This document shows, piece by piece, positions 50,001 through 59,046 of a DNA stretch of 64,000 nt; within the stretch, counting starts at the first letter, position 1; every line of letters begins with the position of its first letter. This DNA comes from a virus, in IMG/VR virus record IMGVR_UViG_3300042914_004291, positions 73,190-137,189 of that record; one strand, 5' to 3'. The position numbers were made by a program, and so were the translations under genes. Under the pieces are notes generated by a model that saw only the letters and a program-made list of their open reading frames with translations, was not told where the DNA came from and did no database searches.

Positions 50001-50973
50001 CGCCACAGACAAAGGAAGAGTGACCGGTAAGGAAGACCCCAAGGCAATCGCAATCAAGGAAGCAAAGATGCTTGGTTATGTTCTAGGTAAACCAGATATC
50101 AATCACTCGGATGATACCTTTGTCGTTAACACCATCCTCGAAGGAACCAAGTTCAAGAATGTCCTGGTGCCAAGCTTTGCATCTCTGAAGTTTGTTGGTA
50201 AGACAGTTCTTCAAGAAATCAAACGCTATAGACCATACAAGAAAGTCGAGGATCTGATCCTGCATCCTGGTTCAACAAACAACTGGAGGCACACCAAGTT
50301 TAGCAAGAGAGCCCTGGCAACGTTGATCCAGCTTGAATCTCTAGACTCTATGGGTATTGTTGGACCCGACAAACAGTTCAAGAACTACAAACAACTGTAT
50401 ACTGTTTTGATTGACAGTTATGACAAACTGAAAGCAATCGGGAAACGCAAGAAGAACAATGATGTTGTCGCAGCAATGCAAGAACTGATTGCTTCAGTGC
50501 AAGACGTGCAAGATTGGTCGCTCACAGAGAAACTTGAGTTCTCAAAAGAGCTAGCCGGATCGGTTGATATGAGTTTGATCTTGCCGCAAGACAAGAAAGA
50601 CTTCCTTCAGAAGAGCGGGTTTGTTGACATCGACACTCTGTTCCCAGTAATGGCTGATGAAGGTGAAGAAGAAGTGCAAGAAGGCAAGAAAGAAACATCA
50701 GCACGATGCTACGGAGTTGTCACCGGGACTAGTCTGGCTTACACAAAGAAAGGCAACAAGCCATACCTGCGAGTTAAACTGCTGGGAGATCAAGGCAAAG
50801 AACGCACGTGCTTTGTTTGGAACTGGAAACCAACCAAGACAACACGCCTCAAAGAAAATGATGTGGTGATAGGTCTGATAAAGAAAACAGACTTCGGACT
50901 ATCCGCCTTTGAAAGCCAGATCAGAATTGTCGTCGATCAGAACTCTGAGCCGTTGCCAATTGCGAACGACTAG
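47095..50973 (+). CDS. dnaE: DNA polymerase III alpha subunit (family C)
   Basis: PHP motifs NLHGHS, LTDHG, GVEAY, SAC and DSHY; GPGRGSAAGS, catalytic DIDLD, KYDVLGL, YQEQ and YSFNLSHS; C-terminal OB fold. Confidence 0.97.
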   Translation: MTKNNIRPPTKFVNLHGHSVVGSPGDAIDFPDKHVEFAVKNGSDAIALTDHGSMAGISFFKLAVDKINGKSSEKPRFKGIPGVEAYFIDSLPRWRQLLAEDKATKEEAARAKLKPTQEISGGEDWSGDDDATKAAQESLDSVRPTVVADDSDEDKTVIESEEESKSNKWLNPLMQRNHIVLLPKNSAGLKTIFRIVSESYRDGFYRYPRLDMDMLRKYSNGNIVALSACVAGRLAKTVYDNMPDPTNKDSWKPEEFLTANHDQVQNELAKVIGEFQDALGPENYYLELQFNSLPHQTIVNKHLIEASARTGARLVATCDSHYACPEHWREREIYKAMAWSSKTKGEVDMKSIPETLDQQHYQLYPKNAGQMWDSFETYCRKNYPDLYTNLDIEKIRDAIELTHEIAHDQIGEISFDTSIKYPRVNKLVDAPRLLAIEEKFGRELSENDVVMKELAHRVVQGLKFRKKANDQKYVDRCKEELNVIKHLSLQKYFLTYAKILEVVTKHMTTGPGRGSAAGSLVLYVLNITQVDPIKYGLLFERFLTRFKRGAADIDLDYSDREKALELISDHFGHEAVLPVTNFNQLKLKSLIKDLARMYALPYDEINQKTYAIDREARAEARKDENFDAGVWELTYDEAVKSSPTFRELIEQYPQLDSSLKVLYRQVRGLSTHASGVGIYTGDPEELPIIKFGKLFQTPWPEGQNYRHLEAFGVLKYDVLGLGTLRMHEKCIEKILQKQYGRQRISFAEISSWYYKNIHPDNNNLDDQEVYKNIFWDSKEVGVFQWVADNVKAFTASLKPNKIEDLSAITATFRPGPMKAGVDKLLLNNRRNVNDAIESLPHPSLAPILADTDYVLIYQEQVQKIFHVLAGIPLDQTDDVRKAFTKRDLSNLEKTKKDRLKLKEEFVKNCGEHSKLSPADAAKIFDYMEKYVAYSFNLSHSISYAIVAYQCAWLQHYFPNEWITTYIDYCATDKGRVTGKEDPKAIAIKEAKMLGYVLGKPDINHSDDTFVVNTILEGTKFKNVLVPSFASLKFVGKTVLQEIKRYRPYKKVEDLILHPGSTNNWRHTKFSKRALATLIQLESLDSMGIVGPDKQFKNYKQLYTVLIDSYDKLKAIGKRKKNNDVVAAMQELIASVQDVQDWSLTEKLEFSKELAGSVDMSLILPQDKKDFLQKSGFVDIDTLFPVMADEGEEEVQEGKKETSARCYGVVTGTSLAYTKKGNKPYLRVKLLGDQGKERTCFVWNWKPTKTTRLKENDVVIGLIKKTDFGLSAFESQIRIVVDQNSEPLPIAND

Positions 50974-51683
50974 TAGTATTCATCCAACACATCTTCAGTC
51001 CCACCAAAGTCCAACAGTACAAGTCTACCGTCAGCGCTCTTGCCCCACTGAACTGCTCTTCGTAGATCAAACAAACCTAGATTCAGTTCATTTGCGCAAG
51101 AAACGACGCTGTTGATGAACTCACCGACAACTGGATTGGAGATAGCTTGGATTGCCTCTAGCTGTTCTTGCATGTACTCATCATCGCGCCCATGGGCTTC
51201 AGCTATGATCTGAAGCAAACCACCCATTTTCTGCACAACACCACCCAGACCAACAATCTGATGATCACCAAATGCCAACTGGCGCATCTCTTCAAAGCCA
51301 GAAACCGGCCTCACTAGTTCTGTTAGAATACAGTTGTAGTTGTTGGATGATATAGCGACAGTTCGCGGCAAAAGTTTCTTGGCATCATCACTAGCTTTGG
51401 CATAGTTTTCAACCTCTGCCTCATTCTGCGCAACACCAGCTTCAACCATTCCAAGGTTAGACACCACTGTTTTGAAACTTATCCCGCCAGCCAGCTTGAT
51501 GACCCACTTAGGCGAAATGCCATAAGCAATTCTTGAAGTGCCTGCGCCAATGAACATTGCATGGTTGTTCAAGTAGTGCCTTTGCAGTTTGATGTCTGTT
51601 ATTTGTTTGAACTCTGCCATGTTGAATGGGTATTGGCCCATCTGGCGCTTTGATTCTGTGTATAGAATGTCGTTTAGTTTCAT
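50970..51683 (-). CDS. Protein-kinase-like protein, paralog 1
   Basis: GAGTSR loop, VIKLA, QNEAE, DLRRAVQWG and LVLLDFG. Confidence 0.75.
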   Translation of the reverse strand: MKLNDILYTESKRQMGQYPFNMAEFKQITDIKLQRHYLNNHAMFIGAGTSRIAYGISPKWVIKLAGGISFKTVVSNLGMVEAGVAQNEAEVENYAKASDDAKKLLPRTVAISSNNYNCILTELVRPVSGFEEMRQLAFGDHQIVGLGGVVQKMGGLLQIIAEAHGRDDEYMQEQLEAIQAISNPVVGEFINSVVSCANELNLGLFDLRRAVQWGKSADGRLVLLDFGGTEDVLDEYY

Positions 51684-52318
51684 ATGCCAAGTGGTTCCGT
51701 TCTGTCTCTGAAATATGTCCATGCCAGCTCTTCTAGTGTATCAAGCGTCTGACGCTTGGTATATTGATCATCAATACCAGCAAAGAACTTCGAGTCTTTA
51801 GCATACAAAGAACTATAGACAGTCAGTTTTTTTCTGAGACGATAAGCAAAGTCTAGCCACGGTGTTTCTTTCTCTGGTCTAGACCAGCGTTTTTCTTGCG
51901 GCAATTCCACTGTGTCGTACTCGACCATTCTGTGTTCATACATGTATTTCCAAACGTTCCTCGCCTGATCGCTCACAGTAGATCTATCGGCCATGAGATA
52001 TGAGGGTGATATCAGAGACATTGCAATATCGTACATCACAGGGCCATATCCTTTTTCCGCGGCAGACCCTTTCACCTCCCAAACTTTGGTATCAAAATCG
52101 GACGGCCGAACTCTAATGAACCCAACAATCAAACCTTCTGTAGTCTCCCAGTCATCCATGTACTGAGCCAATACTTCTGGCCTATAGAGAACAACAACTT
52201 TGCTTCTGTCGTTCTGCTCATCCTTGAAGTTATGCATTGCAACCGGAGATTTAGTCAGATCTGTAAATGATACTGCATCCTCTTCAAGATCTAAGATTTC
52301 TTGCAGTGTAGGCAACAT
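51680..52318 (-). CDS. GNAT-like acetyltransferase
   Basis: IVGFIRV...WEVKGSAAEKGYGPVMYDIAM...S..A..VW; TATTTA upstream (52327-52332). Confidence 0.6.
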   Translation of the reverse strand: MLPTLQEILDLEEDAVSFTDLTKSPVAMHNFKDEQNDRSKVVVLYRPEVLAQYMDDWETTEGLIVGFIRVRPSDFDTKVWEVKGSAAEKGYGPVMYDIAMSLISPSYLMADRSTVSDQARNVWKYMYEHRMVEYDTVELPQEKRWSRPEKETPWLDFAYRLRKKLTVYSSLYAKDSKFFAGIDDQYTKRQTLDTLEELAWTYFRDRTEPLGI

Positions 52319-52345
52319 GTCAGATGTAAATACTATATGCGTTGT

Positions 52346-53032
52346 TTATTGAAGTGATTTGGCGAGGCTGGAGATCTGTCCAACCATCTTCATGGCTTTG
52401 GCATTGTTTTCTGGATTTGGGCTTTTGACGAGGTCTTCGAACTGGGAAGCAAGTGTTTGAATGTGCTTCGCCATCACAGGGTTTTTTCTTGCTGCTATTT
52501 GTGTTGCTAGCGCAACAAGCTGTCTGGCCTTCTGCAAATTCTCTGGGGCGCCAGTGGCCGCTGGAGCTGTTGGCTTAGGTGCCGCGGCAGGTTTGCTAGG
52601 ATTTTGTTGCTGGCCACCAGTGATGCTCTTGTGCCACTCGGCCTCATCATCCTCACGCCATCTCTCATCCAATTCCATGGCCTCTGCAACGGCCTCAGTA
52701 ACCATCTGGCGAATCTTTGTTTCAATCGACTTGCTGAAACGGTAGCCACTGTCTTCATAAACTTGATTCCAGAATCTGCTCTTCATCAGGTCATGAATCA
52801 TGTCAAGGTTTTCTTGTGATGGTTCCACGCCAACAAGAGCTGCAATTTCTTCTGGGGATTTATTCAGGCCAGAGAATTTTCTCCGCAACTCCTTTGCAGC
52901 TTCGAACTTGTGCAAGAATTTTTGTTCCGGGCTTTGGTTGTCGTGTCTTGGCGTGGTGGTATCCAGGACGTCATCATCACTGATCGCATCCACATCAATA
53001 CTTCTGTCAATTCGTTTCTTTGGGGGTTTCAT
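52346..53032 (-). CDS. Hypothetical protein, probably late/virion
   Basis: 228 aa, TACTTA upstream (53052-53057), IRQMVTE motif. Confidence 0.75.
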   Translation of the reverse strand: MKPPKKRIDRSIDVDAISDDDVLDTTTPRHDNQSPEQKFLHKFEAAKELRRKFSGLNKSPEEIAALVGVEPSQENLDMIHDLMKSRFWNQVYEDSGYRFSKSIETKIRQMVTEAVAEAMELDERWREDDEAEWHKSITGGQQQNPSKPAAAPKPTAPAATGAPENLQKARQLVALATQIAARKNPVMAKHIQTLASQFEDLVKSPNPENNAKAMKMVGQISSLAKSLQ

Positions 53033-53096
53033 ATTGAATTCTATTTGCTGTTAAGTATTCGTTTGTGGCGCGAATGCATTCAGATGATAAGGAACA

Positions 53097-54380
53097 TCAT
53101 TTCTTGCTAGCAGGCTCTTCTATCCCAGCAGAGTTCATCCACTGTCTGATTCTGGGAAGATCAGAGGTGTACATGCCACCGTTTCCACTCAGCGTCATGA
53201 GCTTCATTGCCTTGGCGTCATCACTTTCCATCTCACTCCCAACAAGATACCCAGCATACTTCTGGTTCTGAATATCGCTCAACGGCAACACTGAATAACC
53301 GTTCGTGTACACAGTCACATCTTTTCCGCTTGGCAATCTGACAGTCATCTTATATGTGCTGTAGTGACCAGATGTTCCCACCTTGTCTAGAGTCAGCAAG
53401 TTGTCACCAAGTCTATACCTCAGTGTCAACTCGTGGTTCAAGGTACCAGAGCCGTATAGGTCTAACCAGCCGTCAAGTTCTTTCACAGCATCTAGAACGT
53501 ATTTGTTATATTCAGGTTTCAACTCTGTGCTGCCTTTGCCTTGAACGCCTGAGATTCTGTTGCCGTCTTCTGGACTGAGAGTGAAGATGGCATGGGCTAT
53601 CTTCTTCTTGTCATACAGAACATACATTGTAGAGTTTGGATCTAGAGACATCAACCCAGTCGAGCCACAATTGGACATGTCATCACCAACCAGACGACAC
53701 TTAGATCCCGCATTAACCCAGACCGTTCCATCCGGATAGCGTTTCAACATGTGACCCACGCCAGCGACAGTTCCAGTGCTGTGAAACAAGAGTTTGTCTT
53801 CATAGGCTCTGTTGGCTTGACTGAAAGTTTTCCTAGCATACGGCTTGAGATCTTGCAGCTTACCACTCAAGATATCCTTGATGATGTTCATCCCACAGAA
53901 CGTTGTGCCAAGAAAACTCTTCTCGATTCCCTTCTTCATCCCTGGAATCAATCGGTCATAGTCAATAGGTTCGTTGGGATCAACATACAGACCCAAGTCT
54001 TCTCTGACTTTGTTGTAGTGCTCATCGTTCCTTGTCAGTAGAGCTTCGTATAGAGTCACATACAGAGACAAGTCATCCATCTTGCTGAGATTGCGTTCTT
54101 TGTGAAACCAATCTTTGCTAGCAATAGACTCTTTCCCAAGAAGAGAATTCTCTTTGAACCATCTTGCAACAGTAGCTGCATTGCTCCCAAACAGCTCATT
54201 GAACATCTGACCAACAGCAGGAGGGTATCCAAGATTGATGTAAGATTGTTTGGAGGCTTCGTTGATGGCTAGCACTGATGAGAGACTGGGAGGTGTTGAG
54301 GTTTTGCGGCGAAAACCTAAAAAATAGCCAAGCGACGAACTAGGATACTTCTTTTCTGTTGGCGTTGTGCTGTGTGCCAT
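53097..54380 (-). CDS. Hypothetical protein with a PcfJ-like domain
   Basis: G..MSNCG...YVLYD....AH.......I..VQGKG......Y..YV resembles the PcfJ-like pattern. Confidence 0.55.
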   Translation of the reverse strand: MAHSTTPTEKKYPSSSLGYFLGFRRKTSTPPSLSSVLAINEASKQSYINLGYPPAVGQMFNELFGSNAATVARWFKENSLLGKESIASKDWFHKERNLSKMDDLSLYVTLYEALLTRNDEHYNKVREDLGLYVDPNEPIDYDRLIPGMKKGIEKSFLGTTFCGMNIIKDILSGKLQDLKPYARKTFSQANRAYEDKLLFHSTGTVAGVGHMLKRYPDGTVWVNAGSKCRLVGDDMSNCGSTGLMSLDPNSTMYVLYDKKKIAHAIFTLSPEDGNRISGVQGKGSTELKPEYNKYVLDAVKELDGWLDLYGSGTLNHELTLRYRLGDNLLTLDKVGTSGHYSTYKMTVRLPSGKDVTVYTNGYSVLPLSDIQNQKYAGYLVGSEMESDDAKAMKLMTLSGNGGMYTSDLPRIRQWMNSAGIEEPASKK

Positions 54381-54448
54381 CTAAATTTCTCTAGATCTAA
54401 TAATAACTCACAATCACTCAAGGCTATCTGTTGTTATTAGGCAAGAAC

Positions 54449-55729
54449 ATGGAATTCGGCGATGTCTTTACAATCATAGGTTCAAAGGGTGTCGTCAGCA
54501 CAGTTGGCAACAGCTATCTCAGCGTCACTATTCCATTCACAATCAGCAGCTCGCTTGCTCTGTCTGGAGGCTTGAGGATTGACGAGTCAATGATTTTCGT
54601 TGCAAGCCCCTCTGATCTACCAACTCCGGTTGCTGGTGTCATATCCCTCCTGGACAATTACACGTACATCATCACCAAAGACATAGACGTCTCAGGATCT
54701 AGATTTGTCCTAGGTCGCAACACAACACTACTAGGAGGCTCTAGTGAGATCTCAAGGCTGAAGAGCACCGGCTTGACAGGTGCTGCTCTCATAACATCTC
54801 AGTGGTCAGTTCCAATCCGCAACATAACCATAGAAGCCGACACGGCTCTGAATCTAAATGCCGCTGGCAACTCAAACCAAGCAATCAACTGGGATGGGAT
54901 AAGTTTCACAAACTGTCGACATATTGGAAACATCGCAAACTACAACAACTTTTCGATGCACAACTCAGTCGTGACAAACAGCGCTGGGCTCGTGTTCGAC
55001 GGTGGGATGGATTATATCTCATTTGAAGCATGCAACTTCAAACCAAGCAACAGCAGTTCGATTCTACTATCATCATCTCTTGTACTCACCAAGAGCTTCA
55101 GCATGGTCCACTGCGGATTTGTCACACTCACAGGGTCTTATGGAATCAAAGTAGAGAATGAGGCTGGAACATTTGCACTCAACGAGTCATTCATCTTAGA
55201 TACTGTCAATTTTTCAGGTTTAGGAACTGCTCTGTCTGGTACGGACAGTCTATCGAACAAAGCTTCAATCGTGAACTGTGTCGGCGTTGAGAACAGTGCC
55301 GATCTTGCTCAGTATTACATGTACAACAATGCAACGGCAACCGACCTGACAACAAGATATTCATTTTATCAGGTGTCTGGGTCAACAAGCCCAGGAGTTT
55401 ACATCAGAAAGTTTTCGCTGCAAAACAATCGTGCAACCTACGACGGCTCTAGATCAGGTTACTATCTCGTTTCCTCCGTTGTGTCATTCATAGCACAGTC
55501 AAACCAACAGATATCCTTTCGTGTCGCTCTGAATGGCACAGCCCTCTCATCTTCTGAAACTATAGTAAACACAAGCAATGCCGGAAGACTAGAGAGCGTC
55601 CACGTTCAAGGTGTCGTCTTCTTGACCAGCGGCTCATTCATAGCGCTTCACGCCGCTAACAACAGCTCAAACAATGCCACAATAACCGTCAGTGATCTAA
55701 ACATGATCATTACTAAGATCAGCGTCTAA
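54449..55729 (+). CDS. Tail fibre/spike-like protein (beta-helix-like body, C1q/TNF-like C-terminus)
   Basis: Ser/Asn/Thr-rich with repeated F.NC turns; GYYLVSSVVSF...V.LNG...VVFL.SG..I.L. Confidence 0.6.
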   Translation: MEFGDVFTIIGSKGVVSTVGNSYLSVTIPFTISSSLALSGGLRIDESMIFVASPSDLPTPVAGVISLLDNYTYIITKDIDVSGSRFVLGRNTTLLGGSSEISRLKSTGLTGAALITSQWSVPIRNITIEADTALNLNAAGNSNQAINWDGISFTNCRHIGNIANYNNFSMHNSVVTNSAGLVFDGGMDYISFEACNFKPSNSSSILLSSSLVLTKSFSMVHCGFVTLTGSYGIKVENEAGTFALNESFILDTVNFSGLGTALSGTDSLSNKASIVNCVGVENSADLAQYYMYNNATATDLTTRYSFYQVSGSTSPGVYIRKFSLQNNRATYDGSRSGYYLVSSVVSFIAQSNQQISFRVALNGTALSSSETIVNTSNAGRLESVHVQGVVFLTSGSFIALHAANNSSNNATITVSDLNMIITKISV

Positions 55730-55736
55730 CAGACAA

Positions 55737-56147
55737 TCAATTCCAAGCTCGGCAAGACCAGAATTTTGCCTTGGTCTTAGGTCCAGGATTGTCACAATTG
55801 TGTCTAGCTCTGAAGCTTCTCCTGCGCTCTGGGTTGTTCTTCTTGATCCTCATGGTCTTGTCACCGAAGTTAACCTTCTTCACATTCCCAGTCGAAGGAT
55901 CTTTCACAAACACCTTGAACTTCTTGACATCACCCTGCATAGGTTTGTTCAGAGTAACCTTCCTGCCTTGGTACTCCGCTTCCTCTAATGGACCAGTATA
56001 GCCCGCCATCTGCTCAGCAACACATCCTGGACACACATCCTGTTCTTCATTCAGATCATCATTCATCAGAACAAAGTTCTCATAGATCATGTCATCATCA
56101 TCAGAACTTTCAAACAAGAGCTCAGAAAGGTTTGCGGTAGTATTCAT
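55737..56147 (-). CDS. Conserved phage hypothetical protein with a basic C-terminal domain
   Basis: AEYQGRKVTLNKP...VKKVNFGD...RRRSFRARHNC...WSC, a pattern I recall from T4-like phages; TAGTTA upstream (56158-56163). Confidence 0.8.
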   Translation of the reverse strand: MNTTANLSELLFESSDDDDMIYENFVLMNDDLNEEQDVCPGCVAEQMAGYTGPLEEAEYQGRKVTLNKPMQGDVKKFKVFVKDPSTGNVKKVNFGDKTMRIKKNNPERRRSFRARHNCDNPGPKTKAKFWSCRAWN

Positions 56148-56156
56148 ATGTCTTTA

Positions 56157-56885
56157 TTAACTACCATCTAGCCAGTGATGATAACACCTGGGCTCATACA
56201 GATCAGATCCGCCAATCAACACTTGCCCACCATCCCTGGCTCCTTTGTAGAACGTCCTGGTTGCATTTTTCTCATTACACACAGCACACACACCAACCAG
56301 CTTCTCATGCTCAACCACAACTGAGTTCTGATGTTTCGCCGCAAACTCCTCAACACTCCCCATCCCAGGAAACCGATTCCCATCCCTGTCCATGTCCAAT
56401 CCCACAACAACCATGTCAACGTCAGAACGCATCAACAACAGCGTCTCCAACACAACACTCACCCACCTAGGTGAAAAGAATTGAACCTCATCAACACCCA
56501 CAAACACTCTCTTCCCCTCAACACACACAGGAAGCCTCCCTATAATCCACTCAGGGTCATCAACAGGACATACCACCACTCTCTCAGATATCCCAAGAGA
56601 AGCCGCTGGAGGATTATTGTGAAGATGCTGGGAAGGTGCTGAGTTGACATGAGAGGCTTCGCCGTCATCCCTCACCTCATCCCCATCATGCGTTCGAACA
56701 ACAGGAGGAACCACCATCCCCTCTCTGGTATCCAATGATGGCTTCAACACAACAACAGAGTGATAGATCGATCCTCTCAGTGCCTCCCTAACCCTAGCCA
56801 CTAATCTAGTGGTTTTCCCGGCAAACATAGGACCAGAAACCATGTCAAAGCTAGCAAACTTAATTGAATGTAGTTGCGTCATCAC
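56157..56885 (-). CDS. tdk: Thymidine kinase (type II)
   Basis: SGPMFAGKTT, VDEVQFF, GLDMD, CAVC and IGGSDLYEPRC. Confidence 0.95.
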   Translation of the reverse strand: MMTQLHSIKFASFDMVSGPMFAGKTTRLVARVREALRGSIYHSVVVLKPSLDTREGMVVPPVVRTHDGDEVRDDGEASHVNSAPSQHLHNNPPAASLGISERVVVCPVDDPEWIIGRLPVCVEGKRVFVGVDEVQFFSPRWVSVVLETLLLMRSDVDMVVVGLDMDRDGNRFPGMGSVEEFAAKHQNSVVVEHEKLVGVCAVCNEKNATRTFYKGARDGGQVLIGGSDLYEPRCYHHWLDGS

Positions 56886-57721
56886 CTATTATAAAACCTC
56901 TTCATCATCTCATTGTCTCCACCAACATCCAACAAAACCAACCTGCCATCACTCCCCTTGCCCCACTGTTCAACAGGCTCTAGATCGCCCGCGAGAACAT
57001 TTGGATTGTCTTGCAACAGCTTCACAACCAACCTGACATACTTGCCGTTCTCATCACCCAAACTTAGAAGCAGCTCAGAGCCCCACTTAGACTTCCAGCC
57101 GTCCTTTGTTGTGAACAATGCCATCGCCCTGTCAAACATGGCCTGATTGTTCTTAAATCCCATCATGTCTCTGAGCTCTGATTCATCACTCAATGGTCTG
57201 ACAAGCTCAGAGAGAAGCCATGAGTCGTCATCAGCAATCTCAAATACCCTAGGGAACAATTCACCATAACCACCCTTCATGCCCTTCTCATAAAGTTCAT
57301 ACTCGCGCTTGTTCTGATACTCACCAGCCTTCCGCATGTTACTCATCTCCATATCAGGACTCTTAACCGACTCAGCATCATTAGACAAACCCTCCCCACC
57401 AGCTAGTTTGATAACCTGCTTCGGTGAAACAGCAAACACAACACGTGAGCTGCCCTCTCCTATGTGAAGACATGTATCCCTCAAGTATCTGAGCTTCGAC
57501 TCATAGGTTGGAAGTTTTCGCCGCAAAACCCTGATGTCAAACCTCGCAGGAACATCACGCTCCAACTTAGGCCCAGGTCTGGGATTGTCCTTGTAGAACT
57601 TCTCCGGATCATCAACAGAGTAGTAATCACTATACCATTGATCAAACGCAGGGTTAGGCTCGTTCTGTGTCCTATACCAAACCCTCTTGGATTCAGCAAA
57701 CAATATTTCAAACAGCTTCAT
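56882..57721 (-). CDS. Protein-kinase-like protein, paralog 2
   Basis: GEGSSRVVF, VIKLAGG, QNKRE, ELVRP, GDLEPVEQWG and LVLLDVG. Confidence 0.75.
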   Translation of the reverse strand: MKLFEILFAESKRVWYRTQNEPNPAFDQWYSDYYSVDDPEKFYKDNPRPGPKLERDVPARFDIRVLRRKLPTYESKLRYLRDTCLHIGEGSSRVVFAVSPKQVIKLAGGEGLSNDAESVKSPDMEMSNMRKAGEYQNKREYELYEKGMKGGYGELFPRVFEIADDDSWLLSELVRPLSDESELRDMMGFKNNQAMFDRAMALFTTKDGWKSKWGSELLLSLGDENGKYVRLVVKLLQDNPNVLAGDLEPVEQWGKGSDGRLVLLDVGGDNEMMKRFYNR

Positions 57722-58178
57722 ATTTTGACCTGTGTTTTATAATGAATTCCTTGGCGCCCACTAACGATTCCGAATCTAAACCTTCCATCGATAGCTCGTC
57801 CAACTCTCTCATTGTGATACCAACAACACGAAGCATAACACTGCCGCCGCTGTTACCAAAACTTGAAATCAATTTAACCCCAGCCAGAGCCTCCAGTTTC
57901 ATCTCGGAAATTGGACGAACTCCAAGCGCATCAATCCCAAGATCTTCCTTCGAAGGATGTAAGCAAAAAGCATGCAAAAAATCTAACGTCTCTTCGTCAT
58001 AATCCGAATCATAACCAATCTTCATGATCGAAGCTAGCTCATAGCCAAACACCTCAGATAATGCTACCGCAAACTCACCACACAAGCCAGTACAATATTT
58101 TTTTAACGACATGCCAGAGCTTTCAGTCTCATCAACAAACAACACCTCCGACAATCTAATAGCCAGCTTATCACCCAC
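57708..58178 (-). CDS. Hypothetical protein with a possible Cys-His-Asp (papain/transglutaminase-like) triad
   Basis: GLCGEFAVAL...HAF...IDALG. Confidence 0.6.
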   Translation of the reverse strand: MGDKLAIRLSEVLFVDETESSGMSLKKYCTGLCGEFAVALSEVFGYELASIMKIGYDSDYDEETLDFLHAFCLHPSKEDLGIDALGVRPISEMKLEALAGVKLISSFGNSGGSVMLRVVGITMRELDELSMEGLDSESLVGAKEFIIKHRSKYEAV

Positions 58179-59046
58179 CGTAATACCTCTTCATCAATGT
58201 CTCATCAGCTCCAGGATCTAACAACACCAACCTCCCATCACTCCCCTTGCCCCATGCAGAAGAATCAACCAACTCAGCCAAACTCAAACCCGGATCCAAC
58301 TCCTTCAATCGATGCAACAACAACACAAACTCCAACCCACGCCTAGAACCCTCACGTTCATGATCATCCAACGAAACATCATCAACCTTCTCGCGAATCC
58401 CCAAAACAAAGTTCTTGAAATATTCAGAGTTCATGTGACCATGCTCTCCCAACACACGCATCAACCTCAAGAAGTCATCACCATCCAATCCAATCATCTC
58501 CCGCAACTCATCACCATCCCTCAATGGTCTGACCAACTCAGCCAACAACCAAGCCCCGTCATCTGCTATGTCAAAACTTTGCGGCAACAACCTGCCAACA
58601 CCATCAGTCCCACCATGCTTCTGCCATAATTCATACTCCCTCCTGTTCTGGTATATCCCAGCCTCCGTCATCCTCGATGATGGATTGTCAACACCACCCA
58701 TGTCAAGCCTACTCCCGCCAGCCAACTTAATCACACGCTTAGGCGATACAGCAAACACAACACGACTACTCCCAGAACCCAAGAACATAGAAGTACCCCT
58801 GAGATATTCTAAACGTTCTGCCTGACTACCCAAACCACTAAACACACCCACATCAAACCCATCACGTGAGCTCACGTCTGATCTAATCCGACTAGGAGGC
58901 TCCGGACCACTAGCATCAATGTCATACGCCCATCTGCTATACTCAGGGTTCGGACGATTCCCAACACCATACCACCTCTTCTTAGAACCCTCAAAAAACA
59001 GCACAGAAAATAAATCGACATGACCCATGTTCTTTTTTCTCATCAC
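58171..59046 (-). CDS. Protein-kinase-like protein, paralog 3, possibly inactive; start may be 59028
   Basis: GSGSSRVVF, VIKLAGG, QNRRE, ELVRP, AELVDSSAWG and LVLLDPG. Confidence 0.75.
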   Translation of the reverse strand: MMRKKNMGHVDLFSVLFFEGSKKRWYGVGNRPNPEYSRWAYDIDASGPEPPSRIRSDVSSRDGFDVGVFSGLGSQAERLEYLRGTSMFLGSGSSRVVFAVSPKRVIKLAGGSRLDMGGVDNPSSRMTEAGIYQNRREYELWQKHGGTDGVGRLLPQSFDIADDGAWLLAELVRPLRDGDELREMIGLDGDDFLRLMRVLGEHGHMNSEYFKNFVLGIREKVDDVSLDDHEREGSRRGLEFVLLLHRLKELDPGLSLAELVDSSAWGKGSDGRLVLLDPGADETLMKRYYGG

